Source: Escherichia phage SECphi18
Length of the DNA stretch: 44,798 nucleotides
Reading direction: 5' to 3' (one strand)
Sequence record: LT960609
The position numbers and the translations under genes are program-made. Position 1 is the first letter of the stretch, and each line of letters begins with the position of its first letter. Positions 17,786 to 28,000 of the stretch are shown here, one piece after another. Under the pieces are notes generated by a model. The model saw nothing but the letters and a program-made list of their open reading frames with translations. It was not told the origin of the DNA and made no database searches.

Positions 17786-18511
17786 ATGGGTTATCAACTT
17801 CCTAACGGGTCCAGCGTCCAGATTGGGTCCGTACTGGGTAGCGGCATCGCTGTTACGGCAGCTACCAACGCCGCAGCGTCGATCTCCGACCTTACGCAAG
17901 GTTGCGTAATTACCTGTGCGGCTTCGCATGGTCTGGTTGTTGGCGACGTTGTTATGTTCACTAAAACCCCGTGGGTCCGAGCGCTTAACCGCGCATTCAT
18001 CGTGGGTAAAGTGGACACCAACGACGTTACGCTGGCGCGCTTCGACACCGAAGACGTCACAAAATACCCGACCGGCGCTTTCAGCGTAGGCACTCCGGGC
18101 GAAGTGGTGAAGGTGTCGGGCTTTATCGACTTCCCTTTCATTACTAACGTTGCCGTGTCTGGTGGCGACCAGCAGACGACTACCTTCCAGCCGTTGCAGG
18201 TGAACACCGCAATCAGTCTGAACACCACGAAAAACCCGTTAGTACAGACTTACACTTTCACCCACGACGAAGAAGACCCGATCCGCCCAATCCTGGAAGA
18301 CCTGGACGACACACAGAAAACCACTGTGATCAAGTTCACTAACCCAGCGGCAGCAAGCGGCAAAGGTGAGATCCGTATTTACCCGGCTAAGGTATCTTTC
18401 CAGAAGATTCCTTCCGCTGAAGTAAACAACGTGGAAACGGTGCAATCCACTCTGACCATGCAGTCTGATATGGTTATCTACCGTAAGGATCTGGTCGAGG
18501 CATTGTCTTGA
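17786..18511 (+). CDS. Major tail protein
   Basis: 241 aa; RBS aggagc; followed by a terminator and the G/GT chaperone genes. Confidence 0.6.
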   Translation: MGYQLPNGSSVQIGSVLGSGIAVTAATNAAASISDLTQGCVITCAASHGLVVGDVVMFTKTPWVRALNRAFIVGKVDTNDVTLARFDTEDVTKYPTGAFSVGTPGEVVKVSGFIDFPFITNVAVSGGDQQTTTFQPLQVNTAISLNTTKNPLVQTYTFTHDEEDPIRPILEDLDDTQKTTVIKFTNPAAASGKGEIRIYPAKVSFQKIPSAEVNNVETVQSTLTMQSDMVIYRKDLVEALS

Positions 18512-18541
18512 TTTGGTCGCTTAAATAGCGAGTGATAATAT

Positions 18542-18565
18542 GGGGCCAGCACGGCCCCTTTTTTA
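18542..18565 (+). terminator. Intrinsic terminator after the major tail gene
   Basis: ggggcc-agcac-ggcccc followed by T6. Confidence 0.6.
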
Positions 18566-18580
18566 TTGGAGAATATTACA

Positions 18581-18943
18581 ATGGCTAAAGCACCACTCTT
18601 CACACTTGACCCTAAGCCAACCTTTAAGCTGCCGATTGAGATCCCGCGCCCTGGTGAGAACGAACCCGGCAAGATGACTTTTACCGTCCGCCACCGCCCG
18701 ATCGACGAATTTTCGCAAACCATGCAGGACACCGAACGCAAGTTGTCTGAATATGACGACAATGACCCGGACGGCTTTAACGTTATGGTCGAGGCCATCA
18801 TGCACGTCGCTGAAGGCTGGAATCTGCCGGATGAATTTAACGCAGAGAACGTCCGCCGCCTGGTGGTCAACTACCCACGCGCGTTCGGTGTGTTCCACAC
18901 GTCGTACTATCTCGAGCTGATGGGGTTGCGAGAAAAAAACTAA
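18581..18943 (+). CDS. Tail assembly chaperone (gpG-like)
   Basis: 120 aa from ATG with RBS ggag; ends just after a slippery A_AAA_AAC heptamer. Confidence 0.6.
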   Translation: MAKAPLFTLDPKPTFKLPIEIPRPGENEPGKMTFTVRHRPIDEFSQTMQDTERKLSEYDDNDPDGFNVMVEAIMHVAEGWNLPDEFNAENVRRLVVNYPRAFGVFHTSYYLELMGLREKN

Positions 18944-19257
18944 TTGAGGCGGCGCGACGCTTTTATGGCCCGCCGCCACCCTCCGAAGATTTAGCCGCAA
19001 GTTTATGGGGCGCGGCCCCCGAAGATGTTTGTCCGCCTGTTGCGCTATGGCCCGACAACGCGAAGGTAGTCGCAGTCTTCACAGATTGCTCCACGCAATG
19101 GCGCACCGGATTTGGTGGCGCATACGGCATCGACTACGGCGTGCTGGAGTGGTTATTTAAGATGCACGGTATCGAAAACGAGCAGCGCGCGTTTAAAGAT
19201 ATCAAGCTAATGGAACGAATCGCGCTTGATGAGATGGCGCAGCAGAACCCCGCATAA
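18581..19257 (+). CDS. Tail assembly chaperone GT fusion via programmed -1 frameshift
   Basis: Slippery A_AAA_AAC at about 18934-18940; -1 frame stays open about 103 codons to TAA at about 19255-19257; no in-frame start of its own. Confidence 0.5.
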
Positions 19258-19261
19258 TGAA

Positions 19262-19518
19262 GCGGGACAAAAGCGGGACGTCCCGTTTTGTCCCGCCCTG
19301 TAAAACCGCATATCTAATCTCTTTCATTGCATAAACTCAAAGCGGGACAGGCGGGACGTCCCGTTTTGTCCCACCCCGAAATGTGCATACCTATTCGAAT
19401 TTCGTGCATAAAACAAACGGGACAAAAAGCGGGACAGCATAGGGGCGGGACAAAGCGGGACAGCACCCCGTCCCCACCAGTGCTGCCGCGGGTTTTAGCC
19501 GATCGGGACAGCGGGACA
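19262..19518. repeat. Iteron cluster B: about nine GCGGGACA-type copies with GGGACGTCCC palindromes
   Basis: Units of about 80 nt: tgcataaa, then GCGGGACA, then GCGGGACgtcccg; non-coding block inside the tail module. Confidence 0.7.
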
Positions 19519-19578
19519 GCACCCCAGTCTTTCAGACTAGACGGGGGTCAACGGCCCCCCTCGTCTGAGACTGAATAA
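19504..19578 (+). other. Conserved ~75-nt structured element, copy B (paralog at 3064-3138)
   Basis: Matches copy A except for a few changes in the second hairpin that keep pairing through a G-U wobble. Confidence 0.55.
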
Positions 19579-19640
19579 GGATTGTTTTAAAATCGCTGAT
19601 ACAATGTCAATCGGCAACTGCATAAAAAGGGGACTGCATA

Positions 19641-22283
19641 ATGGCAGATCAAGCGGCAGGCATCACGCTGAAGGCTGATGTTGCACAAATCAGAACGGCA
19701 AATACTGTGCTGGACTCCTTCGCACAGAAATCCGAGAACACAGAAAACAAGGTTAAGAAATTAAACGACACCCTCGGCAAATCCAAAAAGGTGACGAGTG
19801 ACGCCGCGGGCGGAATGGAAAAGCTGGCAAACGAATCGCAGCGCGCCGCCGATGGCATGACGAAACAGGAGCGACTCGCCAACAGGTTAGGGATGTCGAC
19901 TAAAAACCTGGGCTTTGCCTCGCGTAACGCCGCATTCCAGCTACAGGATATTGCGGTAACGCTTGAGATGGGGATGCCGGTTCACCGCGTCATGCTTCAG
20001 CAGTTACCGCAGCTAACTGGGGCGTTCGGTGGACTGGGTAACACGCTGCGTTATGTTGCGGGCTTCCTCGGCCCAGTAGGGATCGGCCTTGCCGCCGTAA
20101 CGGCAACGTTAGGCGTGGGCGTGGCAATTACGTCCCGCGCAGAGAACCAGGTCGCCGCGCTTAACAAGACGCTGGCACTTTCCGGTAACATTTCCGGCCT
20201 GACGGCAAACCAGATCCTGGTGCTATCCGAGAACGCCGAGCGCATGGGCGGGTCGTTCCGCAAGACGCGTGACACAATCCAGGCGCTGGCGGCGGCGGGG
20301 GTGAAAGCGGGTGGTGACTTCGGTGCACTGGCGAAGGTAGTGAATGACTTCTCGAAGGTGTCCAGCCAGCCGATCGAGGATGTGGTCGCGGCGGTGGCGA
20401 AGCTGTCTACCGACCCGGTAGGCGGCTTGCGAGCATTGGCTGATAAGTATCACGTCGTAAACGAAGCGCAGATCCAGCAGGTGCAGTCACTAGTGACGGC
20501 TGGTCGCGAAACCGAAGCGGTGGCGCTGGCTAACAAAACAGCCGCGGCGTCGTTTACCACTATGACCAATGAGATCAAGTCCAACATGGGTACGCTTGAG
20601 CGGTCGATGAACGTCGTTACATCGGCAGCTAAATCTATGTGGGATGCTATCCTGGATGTTGGACGCGCGCAGTCCTCGAATGAGTCTGAGATGAAGGCGC
20701 GTGAGTCATTGCAGCGGCTGACAACGGCTTACTATGCCGAGATGAAAGCGGTAAACGCTGCCGGCGGGGTGATGACCGACGCGCAGAAAGCGCGTATTAA
20801 CATGCTTTACAGCGAACTGGTCGCCCAGGAAAAGGTGGTGGCGTCGCTTACCCTGCGTAACCGAGCCGAGCGAGACAACGCAAGTGCCGCGGACGAAGCA
20901 GCAAAGGCGAACGAAGAGGCCAACCGCACCGCCCGCGACCGCGCCGCGTTCGAGAAGGAGTACGCAACCAACGCGAAGAGGCGCGCCGACGAGATCGCCC
21001 GCCTCAATTTGCTTAATAAGCGCGGCGTGATTGACGAGAAAGAGCTTGCCGAGGCGGTGAAGCAGGTAAACGAGCGTTACAAAGACCCCGCCCCGAAGAA
21101 GGCCGCCGCTGTTCGAGTCGATGCCGGGCTGAAAATGCTGGAAGTCGCGCGAAGCGAATTAGCCCAGCTTCGTGAGTCTGGAAAGCAGATCGAAGCCAAC
21201 GCATCGACGCAGACCCGCACGCAACGCGCGCAGGCGGCCCTAAACAAGCTGATTGCCGACAACGAGCAGTTAATCGCTGCGAGCAAAGAAAGGGCGCTGA
21301 CGGCAGCAGAGAAGCAGCAATTAGTCGAGTTCGGGCGCGTGAAGGAAGTCCGCGAGCAGATCGTCGAAGAAGCCAAATTGCTGGACGCGAAAGAGAAGCA
21401 GGTCAAGGCGCACGCGCAGATCGACGCCTTCGTTAAGAACCAGAACGCCGAGCTAAAAGCCACCGCGGCGGGCTATGCGCTTTCCACTCGCGAAGCGGCT
21501 AACCTGCGCGAAGAATTGCAGCTAATTGACCGCCTTAAGCGGGTGGGCGCTAGTGATACCGATATTGATCTGGCAGTGTCTAAACTGCGCGAAGTGCAGG
21601 AAGCACAGACCGGTGCTAACGCCTCACTATGGGATGGATTCAGCCGTGGGCTTAAGGATAGCGTGGATGAAATGGGTAACGGCTATACGCAGATGGCGTC
21701 ACTCACAAAATTCACGTTCGGCGCTATGCAGGACACGATGAACGAGTTTTTCGAGACTGGCAAGCTGAACGCAAAGGATATGGTTAAGTCCATCCTGAGC
21801 GAATTAATAAAGCTGGCTACATCGCAGGCATTCAAGTCCATCGTTAGCGCTTTCGGTGGCGACGGTGGAAAAAACGGGTTGTTCGGCGCTATCTTCTCCG
21901 GCCTCACTAAGAATGCGGACGGCGGAGCGTACGCAGGAGGCAATCTCGCATCCTATTCGGGGAAAGTGGTAAGCCAGCCTACCTTTTTCAGTTATGGCGT
22001 CCAGGCGTTCGCTAAGGGCGCGGGATTGATGGGTGAGGCTGGACCCGAGGCCATCATGCCACTGAAGCGCGGGCCGGACGGGAAACTGGGCGTTGCCGCG
22101 TCTGGCGCAGGCGGTGGTATGGTCGTGACGACTAACGTTTACACGGGGACCGGTAAAACGGATACCAGTGTCAACGGGCCGGACCCACGTACCGCGCAGG
22201 CGTTCGGCAAGCAAATCACCGAGGCGGTGAAGGCCGAGATCGTGAAGGCGACGAAACCGGGTGGTGTACTTTACAAACGATGA
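19641..22283 (+). CDS. Tail tape measure protein
   Basis: 880 aa; long Ala/Lys/Glu-rich helical protein after G/GT; Gly-rich C-terminal region. Confidence 0.85.
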   Translation: MADQAAGITLKADVAQIRTANTVLDSFAQKSENTENKVKKLNDTLGKSKKVTSDAAGGMEKLANESQRAADGMTKQERLANRLGMSTKNLGFASRNAAFQLQDIAVTLEMGMPVHRVMLQQLPQLTGAFGGLGNTLRYVAGFLGPVGIGLAAVTATLGVGVAITSRAENQVAALNKTLALSGNISGLTANQILVLSENAERMGGSFRKTRDTIQALAAAGVKAGGDFGALAKVVNDFSKVSSQPIEDVVAAVAKLSTDPVGGLRALADKYHVVNEAQIQQVQSLVTAGRETEAVALANKTAAASFTTMTNEIKSNMGTLERSMNVVTSAAKSMWDAILDVGRAQSSNESEMKARESLQRLTTAYYAEMKAVNAAGGVMTDAQKARINMLYSELVAQEKVVASLTLRNRAERDNASAADEAAKANEEANRTARDRAAFEKEYATNAKRRADEIARLNLLNKRGVIDEKELAEAVKQVNERYKDPAPKKAAAVRVDAGLKMLEVARSELAQLRESGKQIEANASTQTRTQRAQAALNKLIADNEQLIAASKERALTAAEKQQLVEFGRVKEVREQIVEEAKLLDAKEKQVKAHAQIDAFVKNQNAELKATAAGYALSTREAANLREELQLIDRLKRVGASDTDIDLAVSKLREVQEAQTGANASLWDGFSRGLKDSVDEMGNGYTQMASLTKFTFGAMQDTMNEFFETGKLNAKDMVKSILSELIKLATSQAFKSIVSAFGGDGGKNGLFGAIFSGLTKNADGGAYAGGNLASYSGKVVSQPTFFSYGVQAFAKGAGLMGEAGPEAIMPLKRGPDGKLGVAASGAGGGMVVTTNVYTGTGKTDTSVNGPDPRTAQAFGKQITEAVKAEIVKATKPGGVLYKR

Positions 22284-22290
22284 TAAAATG

Positions 22291-22317
22291 GCCCTCACTA
22301 CAACGTGGGGGCTTTTT
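22291..22317 (+). terminator. Terminator-like hairpin abutting the next start codon
   Basis: gccctcac-tacaac-gtgggggc (one G-U) followed by T5, then ATG. Confidence 0.4.
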
Positions 22318-22917
22318 ATGTCACAAGGTACAATCACACTAACGAAAGGAAGTAAGACCGTCACGGGCGCGGGAACGGCGTTCCTTAGCGAGATCGGGAA
22401 GGTACTCGTATTCGCCCGCATCGACGGCAACGACTACACCGGCAAAATTGCGGCATTCAACTCGAACACGGTCATTACTCTGAAAGATAACTGGGCCGGT
22501 CCGACGAAATCCGGTGCGGCATATGAGCTAATCGAAGCACACGACCCGCGATCAAACGAATGGCCCTATTACTGGCACATGCAATTGCAAGGCGGCGGAG
22601 ACGTGCAGTTGTCTTTCCGGTCCGAGGAATTGCAATTTGGTAACGGTTATGGTCAGAACATCGCAGACGGCCCGAACGCCGAGACGAAACAGTTCCCCGT
22701 GCAATTCATAGGGCTGACTACTGATAAGTGGTGCAACCCCAAACTGGTTTACAACTTCCTTCGCGGGCACTTCGTCAAGCCGTTTGTCGTTACCGCGCCG
22801 GATGGCGAAACAGGTTTATTCGTGGTCGAGCGTTCGAGCTTGTCGTACACGGACAACGGGCACTACACGGCAACGGTATCCGCCACCCTGAAAACTGCTA
22901 TTGGATTCGTAAGATGA
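22318..22917 (+). CDS. Minor/distal tail protein (gpM position)
   Basis: 199 aa from internal ATG; first gene after the tape measure. Confidence 0.5.
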   Translation: MSQGTITLTKGSKTVTGAGTAFLSEIGKVLVFARIDGNDYTGKIAAFNSNTVITLKDNWAGPTKSGAAYELIEAHDPRSNEWPYYWHMQLQGGGDVQLSFRSEELQFGNGYGQNIADGPNAETKQFPVQFIGLTTDKWCNPKLVYNFLRGHFVKPFVVTAPDGETGLFVVERSSLSYTDNGHYTATVSATLKTAIGFVR

Positions 22918-23702
22918 ATAAACTCTATCGTGAAGCGACGCGCTTCGACCCCTCTGGACGCGTTCGCCTGATTCACATTGACGCGCAGGACGTGGAACCC
23001 GGCGACGGCGCGATCGGCGCGGGCCACCACTATTTCCATTACTGCTTCATTCCACACACTGCGGAGGATATTGCTGCCGCGGGTGGTGACGTGGATAAGC
23101 TAAAACCTAAATCCATCTTCTTCGGGGGGCAGGAGTTCGAATTCTGGCCCTTCGATCTGTCAGGCCTCAACTTCTCCACATCGACGGCAGCGGAACCGCA
23201 ACTAACAATCGTCGATGTCGGCGGGATTATCACCAGGCTATCCCTGAATCACGACCAGCTACTGGGCGCGAAGGTTGAGATCATTGATACGTTCGCGAAG
23301 TTCCTGGACAACGGGACAGACCCAGACCCGACGCAGAAACGAGTCCAGGAGTATTACATCGACTCGCAGGTCGGGCGCAATCCAGGCAAGCAAATCACCT
23401 TCGCACTATCCTCACCTGCGGATATGGAAGGGCAGGTCGTTCCACGTCGCCAAATCATGAACATGTGCGAATGGGCGCTCAACGGGAAGTACGCCAGCGG
23501 GGACGGTTGCACTTGGAACCTTGCGCAGCCAGGCATCAAGTATTACGACGAACGCGGAAACGAAGTCATCGCAATGCATATGGACAGATGCGGTGGCTGT
23601 TTGTCAGATTGTTATCTCCGTTTTGGTCAGGGGCTTGCCGACCCGAAAGCTGCGGTGCTGGACTTCGGTGGTTTTCCAGGGTCCAAATTAATCAAGGGGT
23701 AA
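22914..23702 (+). CDS. Minor tail protein L-like
   Basis: 262 aa; ATG overlaps upstream stop; C-terminal Cys cluster CGGCLSDC as in Fe-S-bearing gpL. Confidence 0.65.
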   Translation: MNKLYREATRFDPSGRVRLIHIDAQDVEPGDGAIGAGHHYFHYCFIPHTAEDIAAAGGDVDKLKPKSIFFGGQEFEFWPFDLSGLNFSTSTAAEPQLTIVDVGGIITRLSLNHDQLLGAKVEIIDTFAKFLDNGTDPDPTQKRVQEYYIDSQVGRNPGKQITFALSSPADMEGQVVPRRQIMNMCEWALNGKYASGDGCTWNLAQPGIKYYDERGNEVIAMHMDRCGGCLSDCYLRFGQGLADPKAAVLDFGGFPGSKLIKG

Positions 23703-23704
23703 CC

Positions 23705-24445
23705 ATGCTAACGAAAAAGGTTAAAAGCGATATCGCCGCGCACGTTGCGGCATGTCTGCCGGAAGAAGCCTGTGGGCTGGTCGTCATGGTGGGCCGCAAA
23801 CAAGTATTTGTCCCATGCCCGAACGTATTCGAAGACCCTACCGGCGTGCGCTCACGCAAAGACGCGTTCACGATTAGTGATATGGCCTGGATGGATGCGG
23901 AGGATATGGGCGACGTCGTGCGCGTAGTCCACTCGCATCCAGGCCAGCGAGAGCTTACCCCATCACTGGGCGACGTTAACGGATGCAACGGCAGCGGCGT
24001 AGTCTGGGCCATCACTAACGAATATGGCGACTTTATCGAGATCGACCCTGAAGATCCTCCGCTGGTGGGGCGTCGATTTGTTCTCGGAATTACGGATTGT
24101 TACGGCCTCGTCATGGACTGGCACAAAAAGCAGGGAGTAAGCCTGCCTGACTTCCGCGTGCCGTATAACTGGTGGGAGACAGGCGAGAATCTGTATATGG
24201 ATAATTGGTACGGCGCGGGCTTCAGGGAGTGTGAGGAAAATACGCCGGGGGCCATGGTAATTATGCAAATCAGCGCGCCAGTACCTAACCATGCCGGGAT
24301 ATTCCTTCCGGGCAACCAGCTACTACACCATATCTACGGCAGCCTGTCGAGCGTGATACCCTTCCGGTCGGGATTTTTCCGGGACAATGTGGTTAAATGG
24401 GTACGTCATAAAGACCTACCGGGGAATATAACAGAATGGCAATGA
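23705..24445 (+). CDS. Tail tip assembly protein K-like (JAB/MPN plus NlpC/P60)
   Basis: 246 aa; JAMM-like VVHSHPGQ...SLGD motif; Cys/His hydrolase-like C-terminal half. Confidence 0.7.
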   Translation: MLTKKVKSDIAAHVAACLPEEACGLVVMVGRKQVFVPCPNVFEDPTGVRSRKDAFTISDMAWMDAEDMGDVVRVVHSHPGQRELTPSLGDVNGCNGSGVVWAITNEYGDFIEIDPEDPPLVGRRFVLGITDCYGLVMDWHKKQGVSLPDFRVPYNWWETGENLYMDNWYGAGFRECEENTPGAMVIMQISAPVPNHAGIFLPGNQLLHHIYGSLSSVIPFRSGFFRDNVVKWVRHKDLPGNITEWQ

Positions 24446-25053
24446 CCACATTTAAATTATACGGCGTTTTAGGACGTCGATTCGGTAAAGTGCATAAGCT
24501 GGACTGCTTCACTCCGGGCGAGGGTATCACCGGCCTGTGCGTGAAGTTACCCGGCTTACAGGACTTTCTAATGTCGGCCCACCTGGACAATATGATGTTC
24601 AAGGTGCGCAAAGGCGACCACACGATGACCGGCTATGATGAGCTGGGCGAGTTCCACGGCAACCGCGTCGTCACCATCGCGCCGGTTATGACTGGCGCAA
24701 AAAGAGGGTTGGGACAATTGCTGGCGGGTGTCGCGATCGTAGTGGCGTCGTTCTATACGGGCGGACTTGCTACTGCCGCTTTCGGGGCTTCGGCTGCAAC
24801 CGCTGCCGCTATCGGGACGGCAACGTTTTCGTTCGGCATGTCGATGGCGCTGGGTGGAGTTATGCAATTGCTGTCGCCTCAACCGAAAGGATTGCAAACA
24901 CGGCAGGACGTGGATAACAAGGCTTCGTATGCGTTCGGGGGGCCGGTGAACACGACCGCGCAAGGCACGGCACTTGGTGTATTATGGGGCGAGCGTGAGA
25001 TCGGCGGCGCTATTATTTCAGCCGGAATCGTAACCGAGGATTTGAACGAATGA
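24436..25053 (+). CDS. Tail assembly protein I-like
   Basis: 205 aa; overlaps K and J genes; Gly/Ala-rich hydrophobic C-terminus. Confidence 0.6.
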   Translation: MAMTTFKLYGVLGRRFGKVHKLDCFTPGEGITGLCVKLPGLQDFLMSAHLDNMMFKVRKGDHTMTGYDELGEFHGNRVVTIAPVMTGAKRGLGQLLAGVAIVVASFYTGGLATAAFGASAATAAAIGTATFSFGMSMALGGVMQLLSPQPKGLQTRQDVDNKASYAFGGPVNTTAQGTALGVLWGEREIGGAIISAGIVTEDLNE

Positions 25054-28000
25054 CGATTATCTACGACGTCACGGGCCATAAAGGCGGCGGCGGAAAACAG
25101 CACACCCCACAGGAGACGCCCGATAGCCTGCATTCGCTGGCTAAAATCCGCATCTTGCTCGCGTTGGGTGAAGGGGAATTCGAAGGCATTACGAGCGCCA
25201 GCGAATTGCGGCAGCGTGTATACCTGGACGGAACACCGATCCAGAACGCAGACCTGTCAGAAAACTTCCCTGGAGCGCGTGTGGAGTTCCGCCCCGGAAC
25301 ACAACACCAGGATGTGATCCACGGATTTTCAGCGGTGGAAAGTGAGCAATCCGTTGGGGTAAAACTGGAGAACGGCACGCCGTGGGTGCGCCAGATTAAC
25401 GACACCAGTTTGGACGCCGTGCGCATTCGCATCGGCATTCCGGCCTTGTACACAAACGAAGATAATGGCGACCTGGTGGGTGGGCGCATCGACTATAAGA
25501 TCGTTGTGTATACGGATAACGCCGACCCGCGTGAGTTTACCTTCGCCGCCGTTGGTAAAACAATGTCGCTATACGAGCGCGATCACCGCATCGAGCTACC
25601 GCCGAACGTTAACACCGGCTGGCGCGTGGAGGTGCACCGCATAACGGCAGACTCCACATCGGCGAAAGTGGTTAATGATATCCGGGTGCAGTCCATCACT
25701 GAGATTATCGACGCCCGCCTGCGTTACCCGCTAACCGCGCTGTTGTTTGTGGAGTTCGACGCCAAAGCGTTCCAGAACATCCCGCGCGTGTCCATCAAGT
25801 GCAAAGGCCGCAAAGTTCTAATACCGAACAACTACGACCCGATTAATCATACTTATTCGGGGGACTGGGACGGCACGTTCAAACGCGCATGGACGGATAA
25901 CCCTGCGTGGCACTGGTACGATATTTGTATTACTGAGCGCTTCGGCCTCGGTCGCCGGATCAAACCGCAAATGCTGAACCGGTACGCGCTCTACCAGATC
26001 GCGCAGCGCTGCGATCAGTTGGTAAGTGACGGCAACGGCGGACGGGAAATCAGATTTAAGAATGATATGTACATCCAGTCGCAGACAGACGCCTGGACCG
26101 TGCTTAAGGATTTAGCTGCCATCTTCGCCGGGATGACCTGGTGGGGAAACCAAATGTTGAATATCGTCAGTGACCAACCGGTCGCAGCAGTGTCGCACAC
26201 TATCACCAACGCCTCGGTTATTGATGGTCGATTCGACTACGCATCTGGCAGCCAGAAAACGCGGTACTCCACTTTCGCGGTAGCATACGGCAACCCGAAA
26301 AACCACTATGATGACGCTATCGCAACGGGCCAGCGCGTCGAACTGGTGCGCCGCCATAAGATTAACCGTCTTGATATAACGGCGATCGGCTGTACGCGCG
26401 AATCTGAAGCGCAACGCCGCGGACACTGGGCGCTAATCTCCAACCAGTTGGACCAGCAGGTCAGCTTTAAGGTTGGCATGGAGGGGCTATTCTTTATTCC
26501 TGGTAGCGTAGTAGCGATCGCGGATACTAATATTTCTGGCGGATTTGAGACTCGCGGCGGTCGCCTGTTGTCAGACCCTGGCACGCGTACCGTGCTTAAC
26601 ACAGACAGCGAAATCACATTCCGCCCCGGCGATAAGTTCCTGGTGCGCACCGATAGCGGAAATGTGGAGACTCGCGAGATCGCCAGCGTCAACGGCAACA
26701 AGGTCACGCTAAAAACCGCACTGGATGCCGACCCGATTCCAGACCAACCGTTTTGCGTTGATGGCGATGATATCCAGTTGCAAAAATTCCGCATCACCGA
26801 TCTGGAGTATGACGACTCTACGAGCACTTTCTCGGTGCGCGGGATTGAATACAACGATAGCAAGTATGATGCCGTTGATAATGGCGCTCGCCTTGATCCT
26901 GGTATCTTCACGCAAGTGCCAGACGGTGTAATGAAGGGGCCGGAATCCGTTACCATCACCCCGTCGCAGATCTCATCGCAAGGCCAGCTAATCACCAACG
27001 TGGATATTGTTTTCCCGCCGGTGAAGGATGCCGTTGTGTATGAAATCCAGTGGCGACGTACCAGCTTGCAGAATATGGCGATCCAGTGGGGTAACGACTG
27101 GGTGAACATTCCCCGCACGGCATCGAACGGTGCGCACATCCCGAACGTGTTTTCCGGCAACTATCAGGCACGCGTCCGTGCGATCGGTATGGGCGAGATT
27201 TCATCCCCGTGGGTGTCGTCCGCCATCACGCCGGTGGAAGGTCGCCTCGGTGGGCTTAACGCACCAATCATCACCAACGCGATTTCGGGTCTGCATCAAA
27301 TTCTATGGAAGTGGAACCACAACAACGCCGCGACTGATATTTCGTACACCGAGCTTGAAGTGCGCAAGACTGGCGAAACGGAATGGAAGTTCCTAACCAA
27401 CGTCCCATATCCGGGGTCGGAGTATGCGCAAACGTCGCTGGAGTTCGGAATTTACCAGCAGTTGCGCGCCCGTGTAGCTGATAAAATCGGCAACCTGTCG
27501 GACTGGTCCGCCCCGTTTGAAGGCCAGGTGAGTGACAAAGTTGACGAGTACATGAAGGGGCTTGATGACGAGTTCTTGACTTCCGAGGATGGTAAACGCT
27601 TCCAGGAAGCAATCGACACAATCCCGCAGGGTATTTACGAGGCGATGCTCACCGACGCGCAGCAATTGTTCAACGCCCGCGCCGAGTACAAGGGTATTTA
27701 TGCGGAAATCTCGGTCGCGTATAACGTGGCGGCGGACGCCCACAAGGCGGTCGCTCAACTGGAGACGTTGATCGGCACGCGACTTGACGATGCTGAAGCG
27801 GCGATCCACACGTTGCAGACAGCGCAAAGCACGCACGAGCAAGCCTTCGCCCAGTACCAGCAAACTGTTGCCGCTAAGTTCGGGGACCAGGAAGCCGCCA
27901 TCCAGCAGGTACAAACGGCAACGAGCACCAATGCTCAGGCGCTGGCGGATTATAAAGTCCACGTAGCGGCGCAGTTTGACCAACAGTCCGCAGCTATCGA

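Noticed and set aside
19381-19420. Possible tRNA (TTCGAAT string) in the iteron block
   Set aside because: No flanking stems to form a T-arm or cloverleaf; no acceptor stem evident.
19262-19518. CRISPR array
   Set aside because: The GCGGGACA repeats are only 8 nt, irregularly spaced and often adjacent, with no unique spacers of uniform length.
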